The notes beneath the pieces were generated by a model. The model saw only the letters and a program-made list of their open reading frames with translations. It had not been told where the DNA came from and ran no database searches. Shown piece by piece: positions 37,243 to 46,879 of a stretch of DNA of 64,000 nucleotides. Where the stretch lies: assembly GCA_965223415.1 (NCBI GenBank), contig OZ245002.1, forward strand, positions 4,288,001-4,352,000, written 5' to 3'. Positions within the stretch are counted from its first letter, which is position 1. Each line of letters opens with the position of its first letter. This DNA is from Myxococcota bacterium (GTDB lineage: Bacteria > Myxococcota_A > UBA9160 > UBA6930). The translations under genes and the position numbers were made by a program.

Positions 37243-38490
37243 GTGGGTTCCCTGAGCATGGCCGACCGCTACCAGCGCCCCGACTGGGTGCGCCGTCTGA
37301 TCGCCATGGGCGACGCCGTGGGAGGGCGCGTCGAAGGTGCGCGCGGGCTCGTGCCCTTCTCGGCCGAGACGATGCTCGAGGACGCCGCGCGCTCGGTCGG
37401 CGGCGGGAGCTTCGGCGACCTGGGCGATCCGGGCTGGCAGGCCCGCTTCGAGGAGCTGGTCGAGATCGTCGACCGGGCGCCGCTCCACGTGGTGGGGCGC
37501 CTGATCACGAAGCAGGAGCTACTGCGCGCACTGCGCAGCCGCCTGCTCCTGGCGCGGGCCCTCGATCGCGAGCCCAAGGTCGCCGAGGAGCGCATCGAGG
37601 CGCCGCTGCTCGTGACGGGGCCGGCCCGCTCCGGCACGTCGATCACCTTCGAGCTGCTCTGGCTCGACCCGAGCGTGCGGGCGCCCCTCGCCTGGGAGGC
37701 GCTCCATCCGGTGCCGTCCGACGGGCTGGCCGGCGAGGGCGAGCGGCTGGCCGCGAGCGAGTGCGAGCAGGAGCTCTGGGCCGACGTCCAGCCGGAGTTC
37801 GCCGCCATCCACGAGCTGCGCTCGGACCTGCCGGTGGAGTGCGTGACCCTCACCGCCTCCTGCTTCGCCGGGCCTCACTGGCCCATGGTCGTGCCCGCGG
37901 CGGCCGCGGTGATGGACGTCGGCGTCTTCTACGACTTCCACCGCCGGATCCTGCAGGCGCTCCAGCACGGCAAGGAGCCGCAGACATGGCTGCTGAAGAC
38001 GCCGTCGCACCTGACCACCATCGACGCGCTGCTCGCCACCTACCCGGATTGCTGGGTGGTGCAGACCCACCGCGACCCGGCCAAGACCATGCCCTCGACG
38101 GTGAGCACGACGGCGATGCTCCACTGGATGCGCACGGACGAGGTGGACATCGCGACGCTCGGTACGGCGGTGGACGCCGCCTTCGCCGGTGCCCTGAACT
38201 CGGTTGCCGAGCGCCGGGCGAGCGGCGACCTGCCCGATCGATTCGTCGACGTCCACTTCACCGAGCTGTTGAAGGACCCGGTGGAGACGCTGCGCCGGGC
38301 CTACGACAAGATGGAGCGCCCCTTCACCGAGGACTACGCCCGGAGCATCCGCGACTACCTGGCCGAGAAGCCCAAGGGGAAGTTCGGCACGCACAAGTAC
38401 ACTCCGGAGGAGTGGGGCTTCGAGGCGGCCGATCTTCGCGGCCGCCTCGCGCCCTACATCGATCACTTCGACGTCACCCTGGAGGATTGA
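37243..38490 (+). CDS. Sulfotransferase family protein
   Basis: GPARSGTS 5'-PSB, WLLKTPSH, THRDP...S 3'-PB; GAGGAGG RBS. Confidence 0.9.
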   Translation: MGSLSMADRYQRPDWVRRLIAMGDAVGGRVEGARGLVPFSAETMLEDAARSVGGGSFGDLGDPGWQARFEELVEIVDRAPLHVVGRLITKQELLRALRSRLLLARALDREPKVAEERIEAPLLVTGPARSGTSITFELLWLDPSVRAPLAWEALHPVPSDGLAGEGERLAASECEQELWADVQPEFAAIHELRSDLPVECVTLTASCFAGPHWPMVVPAAAAVMDVGVFYDFHRRILQALQHGKEPQTWLLKTPSHLTTIDALLATYPDCWVVQTHRDPAKTMPSTVSTTAMLHWMRTDEVDIATLGTAVDAAFAGALNSVAERRASGDLPDRFVDVHFTELLKDPVETLRRAYDKMERPFTEDYARSIRDYLAEKPKGKFGTHKYTPEEWGFEAADLRGRLAPYIDHFDVTLED

Positions 38491-38493
38491 GCC

Positions 38494-39327
38494 ATGACCG
38501 CCCGCCAGCTGGACCTGGGAACCGACCACGTCCTCGCCGAGATCGAGGACCGGGTCGCGACGATCACCCTGAACCGGCCCGAGCGCCGCAACGCGCTCAG
38601 CAACGACATGCTCCAGGGCCTCGACCAGGCTCTTCAGGAGGCGGAGCGCGACCCGGAGGTGGGCTGCGTGGTGCTGACCGGAGCCGGCAAGGGCTTCTGC
38701 GCGGGCGGCGACGTCAAGGCCATGGACGAGGCGAACCAGGGGGGCGGCGGCGGAGGGGGCGGCGGCATCGATGCGGCCATCGCGCGGCAGCGGCTCTCCC
38801 AGCGCGCCACCTCGGGCAAGGTCTACACCATGCCCAAGCCGGTGCTGGCCTCGCTGCCCGGCGCGGCGGCCGGGGCGGGCTTCTCCCTCGCCATGGCCTG
38901 CGACCTCCGGATCGCGTCCGAAGCCGCCGTGCTGACGACCGCCTTCGGCAACGTCGGCTTCAGCGGCGATTACGGCGGCACCTTCTTCCTCACCCAGCTG
39001 GTCGGCTCCGCCAAGGCCCGCGAGCTCTACTTCCTGCCGGATCGGATCGACGCGGCGGAGGCCCAGCGTCTCGGGCTCGTCAACTGGGTCGTCCCCGCGG
39101 AGAAGCTCGCCGACGAGACCCGGGCCATCGCCTCACGGCTCGCCCACGGCCCCAGCGTCGCCTACCGCTACATGAAGGAGAACCTGAACCGCGCCGTCGG
39201 CGGCGACATGGGCGATTGCCTCGACCTGGAGGCCACCCACCACGTGCATACCGGCTTCACCGAAGACCACCGCAACGCCGTCCGCGCTTTCGTGGAGAAG
39301 AAGACCCCGGTCTTCAAGGGCCGCTAG
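38494..39327 (+). CDS. Enoyl-CoA hydratase/isomerase (PaaG-like)
   Basis: LNRPERRNAL, FCAGGDV, GAAAGAG, SGDYGG. Confidence 0.93.
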   Translation: MTARQLDLGTDHVLAEIEDRVATITLNRPERRNALSNDMLQGLDQALQEAERDPEVGCVVLTGAGKGFCAGGDVKAMDEANQGGGGGGGGGIDAAIARQRLSQRATSGKVYTMPKPVLASLPGAAAGAGFSLAMACDLRIASEAAVLTTAFGNVGFSGDYGGTFFLTQLVGSAKARELYFLPDRIDAAEAQRLGLVNWVVPAEKLADETRAIASRLAHGPSVAYRYMKENLNRAVGGDMGDCLDLEATHHVHTGFTEDHRNAVRAFVEKKTPVFKGR

Positions 39328-39380
39328 CCCAAGCCCACCCACGGCAACGCAACAAACGGAACCGGCCCCTAACGCAACAT

Positions 39381-40316
39381 CTAACGCAACAGCGTGGTGT
39401 TCCAGAAGGTGGCGGCGTCGGTGAAGGCCTGGCGGCGGGCGGGCCAGTGGCCGCCGATGTGGGCGCCGCGGATGTTGGCCTTCTCGAAGCTGGACCTGCG
39501 CTGCGAGGGCTCGCCGATGGGGTGGCGGGTGCCGTCGGAGGCCGTGAAGAACATGGCGCCGTCGGCGGCGAGGGTCAGGGTCTTGCGGCCGAGGCGGACG
39601 GCGTCGGGGAGCCAGGCGAGGGGCTCGACCGAGTCGAAGGAGTGGTGGCCGTCCGGGTAGGCGCAGATCTCGATCTCGCCGCCGCCCGCGCGCACGTCCT
39701 CGGCCAGGCCTTCCACGAAGTGGAGCGGCGTGTAGTCGTCGGCGGCGCCGTGGAGCACGCGGATCGGCGCCGGGCTCCAGCGCCTCTCCTCCGGCCGCAC
39801 GTGGGCGGCCGGATAGACCGGGAGGTGGGCTGCGAAGCGCGGCCCTTCCGGGCCGACCAGGGCCTCGCGCAGGGGCTCGTGGGCCGCGTAGAGGGCCACG
39901 GTGCCGCCCAGGCTCCAGCCGGTGATGCCGATGCGCGACGGGTCGATCCCCGGATGGGTCACGAGCTTCTGCAACGCGCGGTAGGCGTCGGTGAGCAGCA
40001 TGGCGGCGGTGACGGCCATCTGGTCCTCGACGATGCTCTGCACCTGCCGCGCCTCGAAGCTGTGCACGCGGAAGACGGCGATGCCCTGCTCGAGGGCGCG
40101 CACCATGTGCTCGTGATGGTGACCGCGCCAGCCCATGGAGCCGTGGCAGGCGACGATCGCCGGCGCCGGGCTCGGCGCGTGCTCGGGCCACAGCAGCCAT
40201 CCGAAGAGGCGCTGGGGCGGCGCCTGGTCGATGCCGCGCAGGATGTGGGTGAACTCGAAGGGGTTCGCGGAGCGGTAGGCGACGAGGCCCACGCCTCCGT
40301 CCGAGAGATCGCTCAT
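39381..40316 (-). CDS. Dienelactone hydrolase-like alpha/beta hydrolase
   Basis: HGSMG, GWSLGG nucleophile elbow, GAADDYTP, HHSFD. Confidence 0.87.
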   Translation of the reverse strand: MSDLSDGGVGLVAYRSANPFEFTHILRGIDQAPPQRLFGWLLWPEHAPSPAPAIVACHGSMGWRGHHHEHMVRALEQGIAVFRVHSFEARQVQSIVEDQMAVTAAMLLTDAYRALQKLVTHPGIDPSRIGITGWSLGGTVALYAAHEPLREALVGPEGPRFAAHLPVYPAAHVRPEERRWSPAPIRVLHGAADDYTPLHFVEGLAEDVRAGGGEIEICAYPDGHHSFDSVEPLAWLPDAVRLGRKTLTLAADGAMFFTASDGTRHPIGEPSQRRSSFEKANIRGAHIGGHWPARRQAFTDAATFWNTTLLR

Positions 40317-40325
40317 CGGCCCGCC

Positions 40326-41225
40326 TCAGCCTTCGTCCGGCTCGACCAGGAAGCCCTTCTCGTCGCGGATCTCCGGCCCCCGAACGCGGGCGCGCCCGTC
40401 ACCGAACTTCTCGTCGCGCTCCCGGAAGGCCGCGCTGAGGCCCTTCTCCGCCACGGCCTTGAAGTACTCGCGGGTCGCGGGTGCCCGGTGGCCGCGGGCG
40501 TCGTTCTCCGCCGCGAGCCGCTGGAGCGTCTGGGCGCCCATCAGCTCCATGGCCATGTTGATGATGCGCTTGTTCGCGGAGAGGAGATCCGGGTCGATCA
40601 GCGCCATGCGGTCGGCGAGGCCCTCCACCTCCTGCTCGAGGTACCGGGGCGGCACGGACTTGAGGACGAGGCCGATCTCCGCTGCCTCCGCCCCGGTGAC
40701 CGTGTCGCCCGTCAGGTTCAGCCGCTTCGCCCACTGGGGGCCGCAGTGGTAGACCCAGAGGTTGTTGGGCAAGGCGCCCAGGTTGCGCGCCGGCGGGAAG
40801 CCGATGCGCGCGTCGTCCGCCGCGATCACCATGTCGCAGGCCAGGGCCAGGTCCGTCCCGCCGGCCAGGCAGGCGCCGTGCACCTGGGCGATCGAGGGCT
40901 TGTGCATGTCCCAGAGCGCGCGGATGCGCCGGTTGTTGCGCTCGAGGCCCCAGATGTCGTCGTCGATCGTGCGCCCGGTGCGGCGCGGCACGTCGTCGTC
41001 GTGCTTGCGGCGGCCCGCTCCGGCGAGGTCGTAGCCCGCGCAGAAGGCCTTGCCCGCGCCGCGCAGGATCACGCAGTGCACGCGGGTGTCCTCGTCGGCC
41101 TGCCAGCAGGCGTGCTCCAGCTCGTCGAGCAGCTGGTCCGCCAGGGCGTTGCGCTTCTCGGGGCGGTTCAGGGTGATGCGCGCCCGCCCGTCAAGGGCTT
41201 CGTAGAGGATGTACTCGTAGTCCAT
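40326..41225 (-). CDS. Crotonase/enoyl-CoA hydratase family protein
   Basis: LNRPEKRNAL, FCAGYDL, HGACLAGG. Confidence 0.93.
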   Translation of the reverse strand: MDYEYILYEALDGRARITLNRPEKRNALADQLLDELEHACWQADEDTRVHCVILRGAGKAFCAGYDLAGAGRRKHDDDVPRRTGRTIDDDIWGLERNNRRIRALWDMHKPSIAQVHGACLAGGTDLALACDMVIAADDARIGFPPARNLGALPNNLWVYHCGPQWAKRLNLTGDTVTGAEAAEIGLVLKSVPPRYLEQEVEGLADRMALIDPDLLSANKRIINMAMELMGAQTLQRLAAENDARGHRAPATREYFKAVAEKGLSAAFRERDEKFGDGRARVRGPEIRDEKGFLVEPDEG

Positions 41226-41275
41226 GGGCGCAGTCTAACGCGGGCGGAATCGGGCCTGCGATAGACTGCGACCCC
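41226..41275. promoter_or_regulatory. Back-to-back leaderless promoters
   Basis: TAGACTGCG on both strands (41237-41229 on -, 41262-41270 on +); the TAGACT boxes are 6 and 8 nt before the divergent ATGs. Confidence 0.6.
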
Positions 41276-42466
41276 ATGATCCTGGACATCTTCTCCGAGC
41301 TCCAGAAAGCCAAGCCCTGGCCGCCCAACCACGAGAAGGCCATCCTCGACGAGGCCATCGAGCAGGCCCGTCTGGCGGATGAGCTGGGCTACGGCTGCTG
41401 GTGGAACGTCGAGCACCACGGCGCCGTCGAGTTCAGCTACAGCTCGGCGCCGGAGATGATCCCGGTGCTGCTCTCCCAGCACACCGAGCGCCTGCGCTTC
41501 GGCCACTCGGGCATCCTCGCGCCCTTCAACATCAACCATCCGGTGCGGGTGGCGGAGCGCGCCGCCTTCGTCGACCTGGTGAGCGGTGGCCGTCTCGAGC
41601 TGGGCCTCGCCCGCTCCGGCGGCACCGAGTGGGACACCTTCGAGGTGGACCCGGAGACCTCGCGAGAGCAGCTGCGCGAGGCGCTCCACATGATCCCGAA
41701 GATGTGGACCGAGGCCTCCTTCAAGTGGGAGGGCCGCTTCTGCCGCGTGCCCGAGCGCGAGATCGTGCCGAAGCCCCTCCAGAAGCCCCATCCGCCCCTG
41801 TGGCAGACCTGCACCAGCCCCGAATCCTTCGAGATGGCTGGCGAGCTCGGCGTGGGCGCCCTCGCGACGACCCTGCTCTCGCCCCTGGACAGCCTGAAGG
41901 AGCTCTTCGCCCACTACCGGCGGGGCCAGGAACGCTGCCGGCCCTGCAGCCAGGTCGTGAACGAGCAGCGCTCGGTCTTCACCTTCGTCCACTGCGCCGA
42001 GAGCCGCGAGGACGCCATCGAGAGCCGCGCCGGCGAGGCGGCCCTGTGGTTCGTGAACGCGGCACCCCGGGTCTTCCAGGTGCCGCGCTCGATCTGGATC
42101 GATGCCATCCGCGGCCAGCTCCAGGCGAACGATCCCGCCGCCACCCGCGCCCTGGACGCCCCGGAGGAGACGCCGCGGGACGACGACCTGGACGACCCGG
42201 TGCCGGTGATCCGTCTGCTCAACCGCCAGCGGGCCGGCCAGGCTCTCGATCCCGAGGAGGTCTACGAGGTGCTCGACGCGGTCGAGTCGGTGATCATCGG
42301 CGACCCGGAGACCTGCCAGCGCAAGATGGAACGCTATGCGGCCCTCGGCGCCGACCGGCTGATGTGCCTGATGCAGTTCGGCGCCCTGTCCCAGGAGCGC
42401 ATCCTCGGCAGCATCCGCCGGGTCGGCGAGGAGCTGCTGCCCACCCTTCGGGAGGTCTCGGCATGA
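41276..42466 (+). CDS. LLM-class flavin-dependent oxidoreductase
   Basis: WWNVEHH, HPVRVAERAAFVDLVSGGRLELG, PKPLQKPHPP. Confidence 0.92.
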   Translation: MILDIFSELQKAKPWPPNHEKAILDEAIEQARLADELGYGCWWNVEHHGAVEFSYSSAPEMIPVLLSQHTERLRFGHSGILAPFNINHPVRVAERAAFVDLVSGGRLELGLARSGGTEWDTFEVDPETSREQLREALHMIPKMWTEASFKWEGRFCRVPEREIVPKPLQKPHPPLWQTCTSPESFEMAGELGVGALATTLLSPLDSLKELFAHYRRGQERCRPCSQVVNEQRSVFTFVHCAESREDAIESRAGEAALWFVNAAPRVFQVPRSIWIDAIRGQLQANDPAATRALDAPEETPRDDDLDDPVPVIRLLNRQRAGQALDPEEVYEVLDAVESVIIGDPETCQRKMERYAALGADRLMCLMQFGALSQERILGSIRRVGEELLPTLREVSA

Positions 42467-43284
42467 AGGAGCTGAGGGGCAAGGCCGCCGTCGTCACCGG
42501 CGGTGGCAGCGGCATCGGGCGCGGCATCGCCCTCGCGCTCGGCCGCGAAGAGATGAGCGTGATGGTGGCGGACATCGAGGCCGCGAGCGCCGAGGCCGTC
42601 TCGAAAGAGATCGTCGAGTCCGGCGGCCGGGCGCTGGCCACCCGGGTCGACGTCACCTCCGAGGCCTCTCTCGACGAGCTGTGCCAGCGGTCGCTCTCGG
42701 CCCTGGGCGCCGTGCACCTGCTCTCGAACAACGCCGGGGTGCTCGTGCCCATGGAGGCGATGCGCACGAAGACGACGGCGGACTGGGAGTACGTCTTCTC
42801 GGTGAACGTCTTCGGCATCGTGAAGTCCGTACAGGCCTTCCTGCCCGGGATGCTCGAGCAGGGCGAGGGCCACGTGGTCAACACCGCCTCGATGGCGGGA
42901 CTCGTCGCGCTCCCGACCCTGCCGATCGGCATCTACACCGCCTCGAAGTACGCCTGCGTCGGCTACACCGAGATGCTGCGCGGCGAGCTCGCGGGCACCG
43001 GCGTGAGCGCCTCGGTGCTCTGCCCGGGCATGGTGAAGTCGAACCTCACCGCCACCTCGGCGCGCAACCGCCCCGACACCTTCGGTGGCCCGGACGCCGT
43101 CCCGGGGGCGACGCCGCCGGACATGGAGGCCCGCATGATGGACGCCGCGGTGGTCGGCGAGATCGTCGTCCGCGGCGTCCGCGAGGACCGGCTGCACCTG
43201 ATCACCCACCCCGAGAGCCGGGCGCTGGTCGAGCAGCGATTCCGCGGACTGCTCGACGACTTCGACGCCGGCGGGCCGCGCTGA
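42463..43284 (+). CDS. SDR family oxidoreductase
   Basis: TGGGSGIG, NNAGV, YTASK. Confidence 0.92.
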   Translation: MKELRGKAAVVTGGGSGIGRGIALALGREEMSVMVADIEAASAEAVSKEIVESGGRALATRVDVTSEASLDELCQRSLSALGAVHLLSNNAGVLVPMEAMRTKTTADWEYVFSVNVFGIVKSVQAFLPGMLEQGEGHVVNTASMAGLVALPTLPIGIYTASKYACVGYTEMLRGELAGTGVSASVLCPGMVKSNLTATSARNRPDTFGGPDAVPGATPPDMEARMMDAAVVGEIVVRGVREDRLHLITHPESRALVEQRFRGLLDDFDAGGPR

Positions 43285-43689
43285 ATGGGCGTCCGCGGCC
43301 TCGACCACGTCGCCATCACGGTGGAGGACGTCGAGCGCACCCTCGCGTTCTACCGCCGGGTGCTCGGCGCCGAGACCCACCTCGAGGACCTGTGGCGCGA
43401 GGGCAAGATCCCCGTCGTGCTCCTCCAGGTGGGCGCGAGCCGGATCAGCGTGCACGACGCCGCCGGACCGGCCAGCCCCCACGCGCGGGTGCCCTCGCCT
43501 GGCAGCGAGGACGTGTGCTTCCGCTGGGACGGCCCGATCGCCGGAGCCGCCGCGCACCTCGAGGCCTGCGACGTCGAGATCGTGGAGGGCCCCGTGCCCC
43601 GGCCCGCCGCCGACGGGACCGCCGGCCAGTCCGTCTACTTCCGCGACCCGGACGGGAACCTGCTCGAGCTGCTCTCCACCGACGGCTGA
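43285..43689 (+). CDS. VOC/glyoxalase family protein
   Basis: LDHVAITVEDVERTLAFY...SVYFRDPDGNLLEL. Confidence 0.92.
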   Translation: MGVRGLDHVAITVEDVERTLAFYRRVLGAETHLEDLWREGKIPVVLLQVGASRISVHDAAGPASPHARVPSPGSEDVCFRWDGPIAGAAAHLEACDVEIVEGPVPRPAADGTAGQSVYFRDPDGNLLELLSTDG

Positions 43690-43749
43690 GGGCCATCGCC
43701 CTTTCGTCCGCCGACGGCCGAGGCTCATCGCCCTTTCATCCGCCACCGG
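43688..43749. repeat. Imperfect intergenic direct repeat, period 32 bp
   Basis: CATCGCCCTTTC(G/A)TCCGCC at 43694 and 43726. Confidence 0.75.
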
Positions 43750-43761
43750 TAGCGTCCCTTC

Positions 43762-44820
43762 GTGAAGCGAATCGCCCTCGTCGTGGCGTTGGCCGGACTG
43801 GCCGTCGCCCTGTTGCTCGCGACCCGTCCGCGCGCGGAGGCCCCCGCCCCCGGTCCCCTCTCCCTGCTCGTGGTCGGCGATACGGGCCAGCCGATCTCCG
43901 GCCCCCTCGCGGCCCTGCGTCCCCAGTACCAGGTGGCCCGCTCCCTCGCGGCCGAGGACCGACGGGCGGCCGTACACGGCCTGGTGTTCCTGGGCGACAA
44001 CTTCTACCCGGACGGCCTCGAGGACGACGAGCTCAAGGACCGCCTGCGCACGAACGTCGTCTCGCCCTATTGCCGCTTCCTCGCCTTCACCTCCCGCGGC
44101 CGGGGCAGCCTGGAGGAGAGCTGCGGCGTCGACCCGGAGGATCGCCACCCGGTCCCGCTCTACGCGGTGCTCGGCAACCACGACTACGGCGAGCGCGAGA
44201 GCCCGCAGCTCCAGAAGGAGGTCGTCCCCGCCTATCTCGAGGGCTGGCGCATGCCCGACCAGGTGGACGTCCACGAGCTGCCGGGCGGCGTGAGCCTGAT
44301 CCCCTACCAGTCGATGCCCCTCGTCCGCGGCGAGAACGCGCGGGGCCTCACCCGCGCGCTTCGCCGCTCGAAAGGCCCCTTCCGGATCCTGGCCGCCCAC
44401 CACCCGATCGCCGATCCGGGCAACGGCCACGACGAGAAGTACGGCCGCCGCGTGCGGCAGGCGATCGCGGCGGCGGGCGTCCCCGTCCACCTCTTCCTGG
44501 CCGGCCACGAGCACAACCTCCAGGTGATCGCCGGCGAGGGCACCGACGACGCAGCCCTCCACGTGGTGAGCGGCGCTGGCTCCGACACGCGCAAGGTGCG
44601 GGACACACCGCGGGAGCGGCTCTTCGGCGCCGAGAGCCTGGGGTTCGCCCGGGTGGACCGCCTGGAGGAGGGCGGGGCGCCCCTGCTCCAGGTGACCGTC
44701 TACGAGGTGTCGGGCACGCCGGGTGCTGGCTACGAGGCCGCGGCGCGCTTCCGGGTCGGCCTCGAGGGGGTGAGGCTCCCTGAGGCGGGTCGTTCCGACC
44801 GGAGGTCAGCCGGAGGCTAG
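43762..44820 (+). CDS. Exported calcineurin-like metallophosphoesterase (purple acid phosphatase-like)
   Basis: GDTG, GDNFYPDG, GNHD, HHP, GHEH. Confidence 0.9.
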   Translation: MKRIALVVALAGLAVALLLATRPRAEAPAPGPLSLLVVGDTGQPISGPLAALRPQYQVARSLAAEDRRAAVHGLVFLGDNFYPDGLEDDELKDRLRTNVVSPYCRFLAFTSRGRGSLEESCGVDPEDRHPVPLYAVLGNHDYGERESPQLQKEVVPAYLEGWRMPDQVDVHELPGGVSLIPYQSMPLVRGENARGLTRALRRSKGPFRILAAHHPIADPGNGHDEKYGRRVRQAIAAAGVPVHLFLAGHEHNLQVIAGEGTDDAALHVVSGAGSDTRKVRDTPRERLFGAESLGFARVDRLEEGGAPLLQVTVYEVSGTPGAGYEAAARFRVGLEGVRLPEAGRSDRRSAGG

Positions 44821-44829
44821 GCTCGGCCC

Positions 44830-45669
44830 ATGCGAGCGCCTCGTCCGTCCTGGACCGCCCAGCACGTGGCGCTCGCGCGAGCGCATCTGACGTGGCGCGG
44901 GGTCCTCGCCGATCCCTTTGCGCAAACCATGCTGCGTGCGCCCGGGAGGCTCGCCGAGCGCGCGCTTCGGCATCGGCCGCTCGCGCGCAGGGGTCTCAAT
45001 CGGTCGTTCGCTCATCTCGCAGGTCGTACCTGCTACTACGACGACACCGTGGGTCAGGCTCTGAGCAGCGGCGTGTCTCAGGTGGTGGTCCTGGCAGCGG
45101 GCTACGACAGCCGAGCCTGGCGGATGGAGCGGCCGGGAGTCCAGTTCTTCGAGGTCGACCATGCCGCCACCCAGAACGACAAGCGGTCGAGAGCACCCGC
45201 GGGCGGACCGCGCTACGTCGCGGCGGAGATCGGCGCCGACTCGCTCCGTCAGGCGTTGCCTGCCGCCGGCTTCGATCCGAGGGCACCTGCCGTTTTCACG
45301 ATCGAGGGCCTGACGATGTACCTGAGCGAGGCCGTGGTGCGCCAACTGCTCGCGGAGCTGCGAGCCGTGGCGGCCTCCCGGAGTCACCTCATCGTCAATT
45401 TCGGGATCGGCGGCGCTGCGGGCAACTCGGGAAACAGCTTCTCGGCCGTTCGGGCCGTCGCCTCCGCGGGGAGGGAGACCTTCGACTTCGAACTCCTGCC
45501 CGACGAGGCGCCTGCATTCCTCGGCGACACGGGGTGGAGCGTCTCGGAGGTCGTCCGAGGCCCCGCGCTCGCCGGTCGCTACCTCGAAGGGACGGGACTC
45601 CCGATGGACGTGAACCCGCTGGCGTTCGTGGTACACGCAACGCGGGGCCCGCTGCCCGAGGCGCCCTAG
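44830..45669 (+). CDS. SAM-dependent methyltransferase (LCM / TIGR00027-like)
   Basis: QVVVLAAGYDSRAWR, FEVDH, EGLTMYL. Confidence 0.88.
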   Translation: MRAPRPSWTAQHVALARAHLTWRGVLADPFAQTMLRAPGRLAERALRHRPLARRGLNRSFAHLAGRTCYYDDTVGQALSSGVSQVVVLAAGYDSRAWRMERPGVQFFEVDHAATQNDKRSRAPAGGPRYVAAEIGADSLRQALPAAGFDPRAPAVFTIEGLTMYLSEAVVRQLLAELRAVAASRSHLIVNFGIGGAAGNSGNSFSAVRAVASAGRETFDFELLPDEAPAFLGDTGWSVSEVVRGPALAGRYLEGTGLPMDVNPLAFVVHATRGPLPEAP

Positions 45670-46862
45670 TTCTTCCGCTCGTCCCGCGGCAGCCCCAGCA
45701 GCCGCTCGCCGATGATGTTCCGCTGGATGTTCGATGCGCCGCCGGCGATCGCGCTGCCCAGGGTCATCATGTAGTGGGAGACCCAGAAGCCGTCGGCGTA
45801 CTCGTGGGGGATGCCCATGATCACGTCCTCCTCGCCCGGCGTCTGGAGCCCGCTCTCGGCCATGAGGTCCATCACGAGCTTCGCGACCCGGTGGCCGTTG
45901 TTGGTGGCGAAGAGCTTGGCCATGAGCATCTCGTTCATGGCCTTCGCGTCCTCGTTCTTGTGGATGGCCGAGAGCATGCGCGCCACCGCGTACTCCTGGG
46001 TCACGACGTAGCCCTCGATCCCGGCGAGCCGCTGGCGGACGATGGGGTCGTCGATGCGCCCGGTCTTGCGCGCGAGCTCCACCAGGTTGTCGAAGCTGCG
46101 CCGAGCCCCCGAGGCGTCGCCGATGAGCATGCGCTCGTGCTTCAGGGTGGAGCGGGAGACCTTCCAGCCCTCGCCGCGCTGGCCGACGATGTTCTCGGCG
46201 GGGACGCGCACGTCGTCGAAGAAGACCTCGCAGAACTCGAGGCCCCCGTTCAACATCTTCAGCGGACGGGGATCGACTCCCGCCGTGTCCATGGGGATGA
46301 GCAGGTAGGAGATGCCGGCGTGCTTCGGGGCGTCGGGCTCGGTGCGGAAGAGGCCGAACATCATCTGGGCCTCGGTGGCCTGGCTGGTCCAGATCTTCTG
46401 GCCGTTGATCACCCACTCGTCGCCCACGAGCTCGGCGCGGCTCTTTAGGGAGGCCAGGTCGCTGCCGGCGCCGGGCTCGCTGTAGCCCTGGCACCAGCGC
46501 ATCTCGCCGGCCAGGGTCGGGGCGATGTAGCGCCGGCGCTGGGCCTCGGTGCCGCACTCGAGCAGGGTGGGCACGAGCATGTGGGTGCCCTGCACCGAGC
46601 TGCGGTGGGGCGTGCGCGCCGCGTCCAGCTCCTCGCGGATCACGGTCTCGGCGAGCACGTCCGTCTCGACTCCCGCGCCGCCGTACTCCTTGGGGACGGT
46701 GCGGTAGAGGAAGCCCGCCTCGATGGCGCGCTTGCGGAAGCGCACGGCCTGCTCGGCCTCGGGCAGGCCGGCCTCGTCGCCCCGCGGCGGCCAGGCCTCG
46801 GCGCAGAAGGCGCGGACCTTCTCGCGCAGCTCGTCGTACTCGGCGCCGTAGCGGAGATCCAT
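45666..46862 (-). CDS. Acyl-CoA dehydrogenase (catalytic-type subunit)
   Basis: WCQGYSEPGAGSDLASL, INGQKIWTS, LKHER, IAGGASNIQRNII. Confidence 0.94.
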   Translation of the reverse strand: MDLRYGAEYDELREKVRAFCAEAWPPRGDEAGLPEAEQAVRFRKRAIEAGFLYRTVPKEYGGAGVETDVLAETVIREELDAARTPHRSSVQGTHMLVPTLLECGTEAQRRRYIAPTLAGEMRWCQGYSEPGAGSDLASLKSRAELVGDEWVINGQKIWTSQATEAQMMFGLFRTEPDAPKHAGISYLLIPMDTAGVDPRPLKMLNGGLEFCEVFFDDVRVPAENIVGQRGEGWKVSRSTLKHERMLIGDASGARRSFDNLVELARKTGRIDDPIVRQRLAGIEGYVVTQEYAVARMLSAIHKNEDAKAMNEMLMAKLFATNNGHRVAKLVMDLMAESGLQTPGEEDVIMGIPHEYADGFWVSHYMMTLGSAIAGGASNIQRNIIGERLLGLPRDERKN

Positions 46863-46879
46863 CCCTGCCAGCCTCCCTT

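Noticed and set aside
39328..39392. AC-rich patch with repeated AACGCAACA (similar word at 55598)
   Set aside because: Short, low complexity and partly the end of the convergent gene; no structure or function can be supported.
37761..41264. 1167-aa plus-strand ORF and the many other long Arg/Pro/Gly-rich ORFs
   Set aside because: Alternative-frame or antisense shadows of well-supported genes, expected at this GC content.
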